This document shows, in pieces, positions 28,175 through 37,216 of a stretch of DNA of 64,000 bases. Location: the NCBI GenBank assembly GCA_903926565.1, contig CAIYJU010000196.1, positions 22-64,021 on the forward strand, in the 5' to 3' direction. Position 1 is the first letter of the stretch. Each line of letters starts with the position of its first letter. The translations under genes were made by a program, and so were the position numbers. The stretch comes from an uncultured Bacteroidales bacterium (GTDB lineage: Bacteria; Bacteroidota; Bacteroidia; Bacteroidales; FEN-979). The notes below the pieces were generated by a model. That model saw only the letters and a program-made list of their open reading frames with translations, was not told the origin of the DNA and did not search any database.

Positions 28175-31100
28175 CTACCGTGCAAAGATCATTTTGTTAA
28201 CCTTTACATAAGTATCCGTTGTTCCAACGGCTTCGATTCTGTACAGGTATGCGCCTGAGGAGAGATCGAGTTCAGCTGCGTTAACCGGGATCGTGTAAGT
28301 ACCGGCTTCCTGTACTTTTTCAACAAGGGTACGAACTGTCTTACCAAACATGTCGGTAATAACAAGAGTTACCTTGCCAGCTTCAGGAATAGTATACTGG
28401 ATCTTCGTTTCAGCATTGAACGGGTTAGGATAGTTGAACATCGAGAACTCCTTAGAACCGCCAGCGGTAATAACCTTGGCCATCTTAAGGTCGAAGTTGT
28501 CGTACCTGATACCTGTCGGGCTTGCGAATTCACTTCCGGTATTTACATTGAAAATTGAGGTAGCTTCAGCAAGAGGTGCTTTGGCTTTCACAGTCAGTGT
28601 AAAGAGCTGGTCGTTATTTCTAACCGACATTGGTTTGGTATCTGCCCATGCAATCGCAACGTTGCCATCTTCAATTACATACTTCATCTCATCATTTGAT
28701 GTAGCAGTAACGTCCATAACTTCGAAACGATCTTTGTCATAACCCATGAACAGGGTCATAGCGCCGAGCTGAGCAACCATGTTGCTTCTGATTTCATAAG
28801 TAAATGTCTCTTCAACAGGTACTGTCTGGGTTTCATTATCGATAACTGACAGGAAGGAAACTGCCTTCAGGCCTGTTGGGATATATGAACCGTTAACGTC
28901 ACCCGTGCAAAGACCTGCGAAATCAACAACAGCAGGTAGGGTTGATACGGTTGGTACTTCAAATTTCCAATCCCCTGCAGGGTAGGAGTTGATAGAACCA
29001 ACTGTACGTAATTTAACATAGAGAGCATCCAATGCAGTAACCGTGAGGCTTGCATTAACATCAGCAACTGTGTGGTACAATCCGAACAGTACTGTTCCTG
29101 GATTGGCAGCTTCTAATTGGATCAGAAGAGCATCAGTTGCATTGTTACCACCCCATGTCCCATTGAATGAAGCTTCCAGCTTATAGTTGCCGGCAGGAAC
29201 ATTCGTGAAAGCATAGTAACCAGGATCACCTGTATACAGTGGTGGGTTCATGTTCGGGCCAGTTACTGTTGTAGCAATAGTAACGTTGGTCGCAACATCT
29301 TTCAGTTTAACAGTAACACCATTCAACGGGGTATTTGGTAAGCCGTTCTTGTAAGATACGGTACCCTGAATGCTGATTCCGTTCGGATCTGGGAGCATTG
29401 TGATATATAATGTATCACAACCTGTGCAGCCAGTGAGAGGATCGGTTTCGCAAACAATAATCATAGCGCAACCACATGCAGGATATGAATCCCAGGTAAC
29501 AGTGATGCAGTTTGAGCCAGGAATGGTTGTATAGCTTCCGTTTAACACGGTCCATGAGTAGAGATGGCCTGAAATAGCAGGTAATACACAATACTCATCA
29601 GTTCCATTGGAAACAACAGATACTGGTCCTGTAATTTCCGGAGCAGGTGCCTGGTTAACAACTACCGTCATGCTCTCGGTCAGGAAACAACCGTCGCACT
29701 TGGTAGCTGTAACAGTAACAGTACCCTGGAAACAGCAGTTCCACTTAACCGTGATTTGGTTGGAATTCCAACCGCCTGTGATTGTACCACCAACAACAAC
29801 CCATTCATAGTCTACGTGACATCCTGTTGGAACGCCAACTGCGTTTGCAGTATATGTGAACTCTTCGGTTGTGTTACAGCATACAGGTGTCGGACCACCG
29901 AGGTCGATTGACCACATTGGAGGCTCAATTACCTGGTAGCTTGCAGTAGCTACGCATGAATGTGCATCGGTAACAGTAACAGTATAGGTACCTGCGGTAA
30001 GGCCGCTGATATCTTCTGTTGCAGCACCATTGCTCCATGCATATCCGTAAGCAGTTGTTCCACCGGTTACAGTAAGATCAATAGCACCGTCGCCGCCTGT
30101 ATAACAGGTAACAGTAGTGATCGCTGCAGCAAGTGATAATGCTGAAGGTTCGTTGATCGTGAAGATGCCGGTAGTTGAACATAAGTTGTAGTCAGTTACG
30201 ACAACAGAATAGGTACCAGCAGTTAAGCCGCTGATATCTTCGGATGTGGCACCATTGTTCCAGAGGTACCCGTAAGGTGTAGTACCACCTGCAACTGTGA
30301 TGTCAATTGATCCGTCGCTGCCACCGTTACATAATACATCAGCAGTAACACCTGTAACTGTTAACAGATCCGGGCTTGTTACTTCCCAGCTGCCAAACGC
30401 CTGACAACCATTGCCGTCAGTGATTGTTACAGCATATACACCGGCGATTAAGCCGCTGATATCTTCTGATGTTTCAGTATTGCTCCATTCATAAGTATAG
30501 TCAGGTGTTCCACCAGTAACTGTAATGTCAATTGATCCGTTTGCATCTCCGTAACACAAGACTGGCGTAGGTGTGCCGGTAAGTGTGAGGGCTGAAGGTT
30601 CGGATAGACACCAACTGCCGGTAGTCGAGCAATTATTGGCATCTGTTACAGTAACAGTATAGCATCCTGCAGTAATACAGCATGGGAGGTCTTCCGTTGT
30701 AATACCATTGCTCCAGATGTAGCCATAAGGCTCAACACCACCGGAAACAGTGATAAACAGGGCACCATTGTCAGCGCCATTACATGTTACGTCTCTGATA
30801 ACCGGATTCGTAATAACAAGAGCGTCTGGCTGAGTGATGCACCAGCTTCCTGTAATCATGCAATTGTTGGCATCCATCACGGTAACAGTGTAACATCCTG
30901 CGGTTAAACCGCTGATATCTTCTGTTCCTGCTCCGGTGCTCCATGCATAACTATAGGCTGTGGTACCGCCTGTGACAGTAATATTGATAGCGCCATTGTT
31001 GCCTCCATTACACAGGACGTTGGTAACGTCACCGGTAAGTGAAAGTGCTGTAGGCTCAGTAACCTGCCATGAGTTTGTAATCTGACATCCGTTTGCATCG

Positions 31101-34100
31101 GTAACAACTACTGTGTAAACACCTGCAGTTAATCCGCTGATGTCTTCAGTGATTGCTCCATTGCTCCATGCGTAACCATAAACCGTGGTTCCGCCACCAA
31201 CAGTGATGTCGATAGAACCAGTGCTGCCACCATTACACAATACAGCCGAAGGTGTACCGGTAAGTGTAAGAGCTGTTGGCTCGGTAACCTGCCAGGAGTT
31301 TGTAATTGTACAGCCAAGGCCGTCAGTTACAACCACGGTGTAAGTACCAGCGGTCAATCCGTTGATATCTTCCGAAGTGGCTCCGTTATTCCAGGAGTAG
31401 CTATAAGCAGTAGTGCCACCAGTTACGGTGATGTCAATGGAACCAGTGTTGCCACCATTACACAGCGCAGGGGAAGGAGTTCCCGTAAGCGTGAGTGCAG
31501 ATGGTTCGGTTACTGTCCATTCGCCGGTTTTCTGGCAGTTATGAGCGTCGGTTACGACAACAGTATAAGTACCAGCGGATAATCCGTTGATATCTTCTGA
31601 AGTTGCACCGTTGTTCCACAGGTAACCATAAGGCATTGTGCCGCCGGTGACTGTGATATCGATTGCTCCGTCAGCGCCACCATTGCATGATACATTGGTG
31701 ATAATTGCTAACTGATCAATGATGAGTTCAGTTGGCTGGCCGATAAACCTTGAAGTAAAGGTATAGCAACCATGGGAATCTGTCGGTGTAACAGTGTACC
31801 AGCCTGAGGTAAGTCCGCTGATATCCTGAGTGGTTTCACCATTGCTCCATAAGTAGCTATAAGGAGGAGTACCACCTGAGGCACCGCCTTCAATATGACC
31901 ATCGCTACCACCGAAACAACTTACGTCGGTCGTACTGCCAACCCATGTGATATCGGAAGGCTCAGTAATCATCCAGCTTCCGGTTGTTGAACAACCGTTT
32001 GCGTCAGTTACAGCAATCGTGTATGCCCCGGGATATAAACCGGAGATGTCTTCGGTAGTTTCCAGGGTGTTCCACATATAACTATAAGGTGAAGTGCCAC
32101 CGGTTACGGTTACGTCGAGAGAGCCGTTGTGATTGTTGTTACAGTCAATTTCGGTTTCGATAGCTGTTACGCTAAGTGGCAGTGCTGGTTCAGATACAAA
32201 ATAGGTGTCGGTGATCTGACAGCCGTTTCCATCTGTAACAACAACCGTATAGGTACCAGAGGTAAGGCCACTGATATCTTCTGATGTGGCTCCATTGTTC
32301 CATAAGTAACCATAAGCCAAAGTTCCGCCACCAACAGTGATGTCGATCGAACCGGTGCTTCCTCCGTTACAAAGAGCAGGGGATGATGTGCCGGTAAGTG
32401 ACAGTGCTGTAGGTTCGGTAACGATCCAGTAGCTTGAGGTAACACATGCATTGGCATCGGTTACAACCACACTATACATTCCGGCTGTTAAGCCTGCGAT
32501 GTCTTCTGAAGTTGCACCATTGTTCCATGAATAACCATAAGGCATTGTTCCGCCGGTTACAGTGATATCAACAGAACCGCTGTTACCACCATTACAGAGA
32601 ACAGGGGAAGGTGTGCCGGTAACTGCCAGTACGTCTGGCTGAGTTACACACCAGCTGCCTGTGATTCCACAGCCATTGGCGTCCATTACGGTAACAGAAT
32701 AGCATCCTGCGGTTAAACCGCTGATGTCTTCTGTACCTGCTCCGGTGCTCCATGAGTAGCTGTATGCGGTAGTTCCGCCGGTAACAGTGATGTCGATAGA
32801 ACCAGTGTTTCCACCATTACAAAGAACAGGGGAAGGTGTGCCGGTAATTGACAGTGCAGTAGGTTCGGTAACGTTGAAGCTGTTTGTTGCGGTACAACCC
32901 AGCGCATCCGTCACAACTACCGTGTAAGTACCTGCGGTTAAGCCGCTGATATCTTCGGTGATTGCACCATTGCTCCATGCGTAACCGTAAGCAGTGGTTC
33001 CGCCGGTAACAGTGATGTTGATAGATCCGGTGTTGCCACCATTACATAATACAGCAGAAGATGTGCCGGTAATAGCCAGGATATCTGGTTGAGTTACTGT
33101 CCATTCTCCGGTTTTCTGACAATTATGAGCGTCGGTTACGACAACAGTATAAGTACCAGCGGATAATCCGTTGATATCTTCTGAAGTTGCTCCGTTGTTC
33201 CACAGGTAACCATAAGGCATTGTGCCACCGGTTACAGAGATGTCAATTGTTCCGTTGGCACCGCCATTGCATGATACATTGGTGATGACAGCAATCGGAT
33301 CAATAACCAGGTCGGTTGGCTGGCCAACAAACCTTGAAGTGAAGGTATAGCAACCAACAGCGTCAGTAGGAGTTACAGTGTACCAGCCTGATGTGAGGCC
33401 AGAGATGTCCTGTGTGGTTTCACCATTGCTCCATAAATAGGTATAAGGAGGAGTACCACCAGAGGCACCGCCTTCAATATGACCATCGCTGCCGCCGAAG
33501 CAACTTACGTCGGTCGTACTGCCAACCCACGTGATATCGGAAGGTTCTGAAATATTCCAGCTGCCGGTTGTTGTGCAACCATTGGCATCAGTTACAACGA
33601 TTGAATAATCGCCTGGGAATAATCCGGTGAGGTCTTCAGTGGTTTCGAGGTTGTTCCAGAGATAACCGTAAGGGGCTGTGCCACCTGTAACAGTTACATC
33701 AATTGCACCGTTGTGGTTTCCATTGCAGTTTACATTGGTAACCGCAGCAGTTGCATCAAGCGGAAGCGATGGTTCTGAAACGTACCATACTCCTGAGAGC
33801 TGGCAGCCATTTCCATCGGTTATGGTTACAGTATAAGGACCTGCAATTAAATTGCTGATATCCTGTGTGGTTTCACCATTGCTCCATAAGTATCCATAGG
33901 CCAGTGTGCCTCCGGTTACAGTGAGATCGATAGAACCTGTGTTGCCTGCATTACATAAAACAGGAGATACTGTGGCTGATGCATCAAGTGCAGTAGGCTC
34001 AGTAACAATCCAGGAGTTCGAAATTGAACAACCATTGGCATCAGTTACAACTACATTATACATTCCGGCTGTTAATCCGGCGATGTCTTCTGATGTTGCA

Positions 34101-36676
34101 CCATTGTTCCATGAATAACCATAAGGCATTGTTCCGCCAGTTACTGTGATGTTAACTGAACCAGAATTGCCGCCGTTACAAAGAACAGGGGATGCTGTAC
34201 CGGTAAGGTCAAGAGCTGCTGGTTCAGTAACGGTATAGCTGTTTGATATTTGACAGCCGTTTCCATCAGTAACAACAACAGTATAAACACCAGCGGTTAA
34301 TCCGTTGATATCTTCAGTGATGGCACCATTGCTCCATGCATATCCGTAAGCGGTAGTTCCACCGGTTACTGTGATATCGATCGAACCAGTGCTGCCCAGG
34401 TTACATAAAACTGGGGATGCAGAACCGGAAAGTGCAAGAGCGGAAGGTTCAGTAACAGTAAAGCTGGCTGTTTTCTGACAACCATTGCCGTCTGTTACGA
34501 CCACTGTATAATCACCGGCAATTAATCCGTTGATATCCTGAGTGGTGGCTGAGTTATTCCAAAGGTAGGAATATGCAGTGGTTCCACCGGCTACACTAAG
34601 GTCGATTGAACCTGTGTTGCCTCCATTGCAAAGAGCAGGAGACGGGGTGCCTGAAAGTAAGAGCTCGGAAGGTTCTGAAACGATCCAGAAGCCAAACTTC
34701 ATGCAACCCATGGCATCGGTAACAGCTACAGAATAGCCACCTGCGGTCAGTCCGCTGATGTCCTGTGTAGTTGCACCATTGCTCCATGAATATCCGTAAG
34801 GTGCAGTACCGCCGCTTACACTGATGTCAATTGCACCGTTGCTGCCACCATTGCATGATACATTGGTGATAACAGCGATTTGATCAACAACCAATAAAGT
34901 AGGCTGGCCAATAAACCTTGAAGTAAAGGTGTAGCAGCCAACAGCGTCGGTAGGTGTTACAGTGTACCAGCCGGAGGTAAGTCCGCTGATATTCTGTGTC
35001 GTTTCACCGTTGCTCCATAAATAGGTATAAGGAGGAGTACCACCTGAGGCACCGCCTTCAATATGACCATCATTCCCGCCAAAGCAACTTACATCAGTCG
35101 TACTGCCAACCCAGGTGATATCGGTTGGTTCGGTAATTGACCAGCTGCCTGTTGTAGTACATCCATTGGCGTCAGTAACAACAACTGAATAATCTCCAGG
35201 GTATAAGCCAGAAAGATCTTCAGTGGTTGCAAGGGTATTCCATAAATAACCATAGGGCATTGTGCCGCCGGTTACTGTAAGATCGAGAACTCCATTGTGG
35301 TTGCCATTGCAATTCACGTTAGTTTCTACTGCGGTTGCAGCTAAATCGGCCTGAGGCTCACTTACAGTGTAACTGTTTGTGATCTGACAACCATTTCCAT
35401 CAGTAACAACAACAGTGTACACACCAGTTGTTAACCCGCTGATGTCTTCTGTCACGGCGCCCGTACTCCAGGCATATCCGTAACCGGCTGTTCCGCCTGT
35501 CACAGTGATATTGACAGATCCGGTGTTGCCACCTTTACATAGTACGTCAGAGGCTGTTCCATCAAGCGTGAGTGCTGATGGTTCGGTAACCTGCCATGTG
35601 TTTGTTATCTGGCAGCCATTGCCGTCAGTTACAACTACTGTATAAACACCGGCGGTTAAACCGCTGACGTCTTCCGTGATTGCACCATTGTCCCAGGCAT
35701 AACCATAAGGAGTGTTGCCACCGGATACAGAAATGTCAATCGAACCGGTATTACCTCCATTGCATAAAGCAGGGGAAGCCAGGCCGGTAAGAACAAGCGG
35801 GTTGAAAGAAGTAACAATATAACTGCCTGTTTTCTGGCAGCCATGTGCATCAGTTACTGTCACAGAGTAGGTGCCTGCGGTTAAACCGCTGACATCTTCA
35901 GTGATTGCGCCGTTGCTCCAGGCATATCCATAAGCGGTAGTTCCACCGGCAACTGTAAGATCAATTGCCCCGGTTTGAGCTCCGCTGCATAAAACGGGAG
36001 TAATTCCACCGCTAAGCATTAGTTCGTCTGGTTGAGTAATTGTCCAGCTGCCGATATCGTTGAAACAACCAGCGAAGTCAGTGACAAGTACCGTATAGGT
36101 TCCGGCCGGCAACCCGCTTGGGTCTTGCACAGTTGAACCATTACTCCATAAATAGGTATAAGGCGGCCGGCCGCCTGAAGGTGTCATGTTGATTGATCCG
36201 GTTGATAAACCGAAACAAAGGATGTTGGTAGGAACTCCGGTAACATTAACTCCCGGTAACAGGTTTACCTTTACAGTACCACCCGAGAAACCTCCTGGAG
36301 GCGGGGCAAATTGTACTTGAAGGAAAAACCGGTCTTCAGCGTAACCCTGACCGTTACAAATTCCAGAGCCAGGAAATGTTTCTGCCTGACCGCTTCCGAT
36401 GAGAGTAGATCCCGGAGGATAAAGAACAGGAGTCTGGTAGATGCTTGCAGTTCCTGAAAATACCCAGGACCCGGTAACATTGGTCCAGGAGTAGGTAGCC
36501 CCAGGTACGTCACAACCCGATAAGGAACAGAACAGATTGATGGGCTGTCCGTAACACACAGGGTTGGGCGAAGCAAACTGTGATCTGGCATTGTATGACA
36601 AGGCCAGCATGAAGAATATTAAGACTGGCAACAGCCTTAACAACTTCATTGTTGTCTTCAGGTAAAGTGTTTTCAT
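28175..36676 (-). CDS. Giant T9SS-secreted adhesin: 28 SprB-like repeats, 2 PKD-like domains, dockerin, cohesin, CTD
   Basis: Signal peptide; repeats of the form V.C.GG..GSIDITVTGGT..Y.Y.W.NG...EDISGL.AG.Y.V.VTD..GC; dockerin ADVNASLTVTALDALYVK; cohesin QLGAMTLFMGYDKDRF; CTD NYPNPFN...SGAYLYRI...KMIFAR. Confidence 0.9.
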   Translation of the reverse strand: MKTLYLKTTMKLLRLLPVLIFFMLALSYNARSQFASPNPVCYGQPINLFCSLSGCDVPGATYSWTNVTGSWVFSGTASIYQTPVLYPPGSTLIGSGQAETFPGSGICNGQGYAEDRFFLQVQFAPPPGGFSGGTVKVNLLPGVNVTGVPTNILCFGLSTGSINMTPSGGRPPYTYLWSNGSTVQDPSGLPAGTYTVLVTDFAGCFNDIGSWTITQPDELMLSGGITPVLCSGAQTGAIDLTVAGGTTAYGYAWSNGAITEDVSGLTAGTYSVTVTDAHGCQKTGSYIVTSFNPLVLTGLASPALCNGGNTGSIDISVSGGNTPYGYAWDNGAITEDVSGLTAGVYTVVVTDGNGCQITNTWQVTEPSALTLDGTASDVLCKGGNTGSVNITVTGGTAGYGYAWSTGAVTEDISGLTTGVYTVVVTDGNGCQITNSYTVSEPQADLAATAVETNVNCNGNHNGVLDLTVTGGTMPYGYLWNTLATTEDLSGLYPGDYSVVVTDANGCTTTGSWSITEPTDITWVGSTTDVSCFGGNDGHIEGGASGGTPPYTYLWSNGETTQNISGLTSGWYTVTPTDAVGCYTFTSRFIGQPTLLVVDQIAVITNVSCNGGSNGAIDISVSGGTAPYGYSWSNGATTQDISGLTAGGYSVAVTDAMGCMKFGFWIVSEPSELLLSGTPSPALCNGGNTGSIDLSVAGGTTAYSYLWNNSATTQDINGLIAGDYTVVVTDGNGCQKTASFTVTEPSALALSGSASPVLCNLGSTGSIDITVTGGTTAYGYAWSNGAITEDINGLTAGVYTVVVTDGNGCQISNSYTVTEPAALDLTGTASPVLCNGGNSGSVNITVTGGTMPYGYSWNNGATSEDIAGLTAGMYNVVVTDANGCSISNSWIVTEPTALDASATVSPVLCNAGNTGSIDLTVTGGTLAYGYLWSNGETTQDISNLIAGPYTVTITDGNGCQLSGVWYVSEPSLPLDATAAVTNVNCNGNHNGAIDVTVTGGTAPYGYLWNNLETTEDLTGLFPGDYSIVVTDANGCTTTGSWNISEPSDITWVGSTTDVSCFGGSDGHIEGGASGGTPPYTYLWSNGETTQDISGLTSGWYTVTPTDAVGCYTFTSRFVGQPTDLVIDPIAVITNVSCNGGANGTIDISVTGGTMPYGYLWNNGATSEDINGLSAGTYTVVVTDAHNCQKTGEWTVTQPDILAITGTSSAVLCNGGNTGSINITVTGGTTAYGYAWSNGAITEDISGLTAGTYTVVVTDALGCTATNSFNVTEPTALSITGTPSPVLCNGGNTGSIDITVTGGTTAYSYSWSTGAGTEDISGLTAGCYSVTVMDANGCGITGSWCVTQPDVLAVTGTPSPVLCNGGNSGSVDITVTGGTMPYGYSWNNGATSEDIAGLTAGMYSVVVTDANACVTSSYWIVTEPTALSLTGTSSPALCNGGSTGSIDITVGGGTLAYGYLWNNGATSEDISGLTSGTYTVVVTDGNGCQITDTYFVSEPALPLSVTAIETEIDCNNNHNGSLDVTVTGGTSPYSYMWNTLETTEDISGLYPGAYTIAVTDANGCSTTGSWMITEPSDITWVGSTTDVSCFGGSDGHIEGGASGGTPPYSYLWSNGETTQDISGLTSGWYTVTPTDSHGCYTFTSRFIGQPTELIIDQLAIITNVSCNGGADGAIDITVTGGTMPYGYLWNNGATSEDINGLSAGTYTVVVTDAHNCQKTGEWTVTEPSALTLTGTPSPALCNGGNTGSIDITVTGGTTAYSYSWNNGATSEDINGLTAGTYTVVVTDGLGCTITNSWQVTEPTALTLTGTPSAVLCNGGSTGSIDITVGGGTTVYGYAWSNGAITEDISGLTAGVYTVVVTDANGCQITNSWQVTEPTALSLTGDVTNVLCNGGNNGAINITVTGGTTAYSYAWSTGAGTEDISGLTAGCYTVTVMDANNCMITGSWCITQPDALVITNPVIRDVTCNGADNGALFITVSGGVEPYGYIWSNGITTEDLPCCITAGCYTVTVTDANNCSTTGSWCLSEPSALTLTGTPTPVLCYGDANGSIDITVTGGTPDYTYEWSNTETSEDISGLIAGVYAVTITDGNGCQAFGSWEVTSPDLLTVTGVTADVLCNGGSDGSIDITVAGGTTPYGYLWNNGATSEDISGLTAGTYSVVVTDYNLCSTTGIFTINEPSALSLAAAITTVTCYTGGDGAIDLTVTGGTTAYGYAWSNGAATEDISGLTAGTYTVTVTDAHSCVATASYQVIEPPMWSIDLGGPTPVCCNTTEEFTYTANAVGVPTGCHVDYEWVVVGGTITGGWNSNQITVKWNCCFQGTVTVTATKCDGCFLTESMTVVVNQAPAPEITGPVSVVSNGTDEYCVLPAISGHLYSWTVLNGSYTTIPGSNCITVTWDSYPACGCAMIIVCETDPLTGCTGCDTLYITMLPDPNGISIQGTVSYKNGLPNTPLNGVTVKLKDVATNVTIATTVTGPNMNPPLYTGDPGYYAFTNVPAGNYKLEASFNGTWGGNNATDALLIQLEAANPGTVLFGLYHTVADVNASLTVTALDALYVKLRTVGSINSYPAGDWKFEVPTVSTLPAVVDFAGLCTGDVNGSYIPTGLKAVSFLSVIDNETQTVPVEETFTYEIRSNMVAQLGAMTLFMGYDKDRFEVMDVTATSNDEMKYVIEDGNVAIAWADTKPMSVRNNDQLFTLTVKAKAPLAEATSIFNVNTGSEFASPTGIRYDNFDLKMAKVITAGGSKEFSMFNYPNPFNAETKIQYTIPEAGKVTLVITDMFGKTVRTLVEKVQEAGTYTIPVNAAELDLSSGAYLYRIEAVGTTDTYVKVNKMIFAR
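29921..36250 (-). repeat. Array of 28 coding SprB-like repeats (~225 bp each) with a 1584-bp super-period
   Basis: Repeats counted from the translation. The marker tactgccaaccca starts at 31933, 33517 and 35101, i.e. 1584 bp apart twice. Confidence 0.9.
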
Positions 36677-36769
36677 AATTTAGTGATTAGTTTAAACTAG
36701 GTTTATTAAAATGGGTAAATATAGTGGGGTTGATTAATTTCAGTAAAAAAGAAATAATCTTTGATGCCT

Positions 36770-36814
36770 CTAGGGCGGAGGAGCTAACAGAATGTATATT
36801 TTGGTCGTTTGCAT
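36770..36814 (-). CDS. Putative leader peptide MQTTKIYILLAPPP
   Basis: ATG 36814 to TAG 36770, A/U-rich initiation context (aaacttaatttttcaaccATG), GC-rich Pro codons in an otherwise AT-rich leader; lies between the promoter and the adhesin ATG. Confidence 0.5.
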   Translation of the reverse strand: MQTTKIYILLAPPP

Positions 36815-36951
36815 GGTTGAAAAATTAAGTTTGTAAAAGTGAATCATTATTCAAAAAATGTAAAATACAGCAAATGTCTAATAATTAGCTCTTTTACGGT
36901 GATTTTGTTAGAGTAATTACATAACATGCTGAATGACTGCTATTTTCCTGA

Positions 36952-36981
36952 CAAATTTAGTTTTAAATTTAATATAAACAA
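36952..36981 (-). promoter_or_regulatory. Sigma-A promoter of the adhesin/cohesin cluster
   Basis: TTG (36981-36979), 19-nt spacer, TAAATTTG (36959-36952); fits the Bacteroidota -33/-7 consensus and implies a ~270-nt leader. Confidence 0.6.
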
Positions 36982-37216
36982 GGAACGAAAGTATAAAAAA
37001 AAATGCTTTCAAATTGGATTATTTTAATAAAATTCAGATCATTTTGAGAATTATGACAAAAAATGTCCAAAATCATGTATATTTCTTAATTTTGAAAAAA
37101 TTTATGCACTTTTGCCTACTGAAACAACCTTTTGAAGCAAAAAGTTTTCAAAGGTAATGACATTAGTGTCTTTTGTTGTGGGTTCAAAGTTAATATATGT
37201 TAAATTTGGCAGCAAT

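Noticed and set aside
29921-36250. CRISPR array or diversity-generating retroelement repeats
   Set aside because: The repeats are in-frame protein modules with synonymous divergence. There is no spacer structure, cas gene or reverse transcriptase, and no adenine-specific variation was apparent.
21589-36676. A true cellulolytic cellulosome
   Set aside because: No glycoside hydrolase, CBM3 or dockerin-bearing enzyme is recognisable in the window. Such enzymes elsewhere in the genome cannot be excluded.
28175-36676. Naming the giant protein sprB (gliding adhesin)
   Set aside because: It has SprB-like repeats but a type-A CTD with a dockerin/cohesin tail, and no sprF/porP or gld genes are nearby, so orthology is unsupported.
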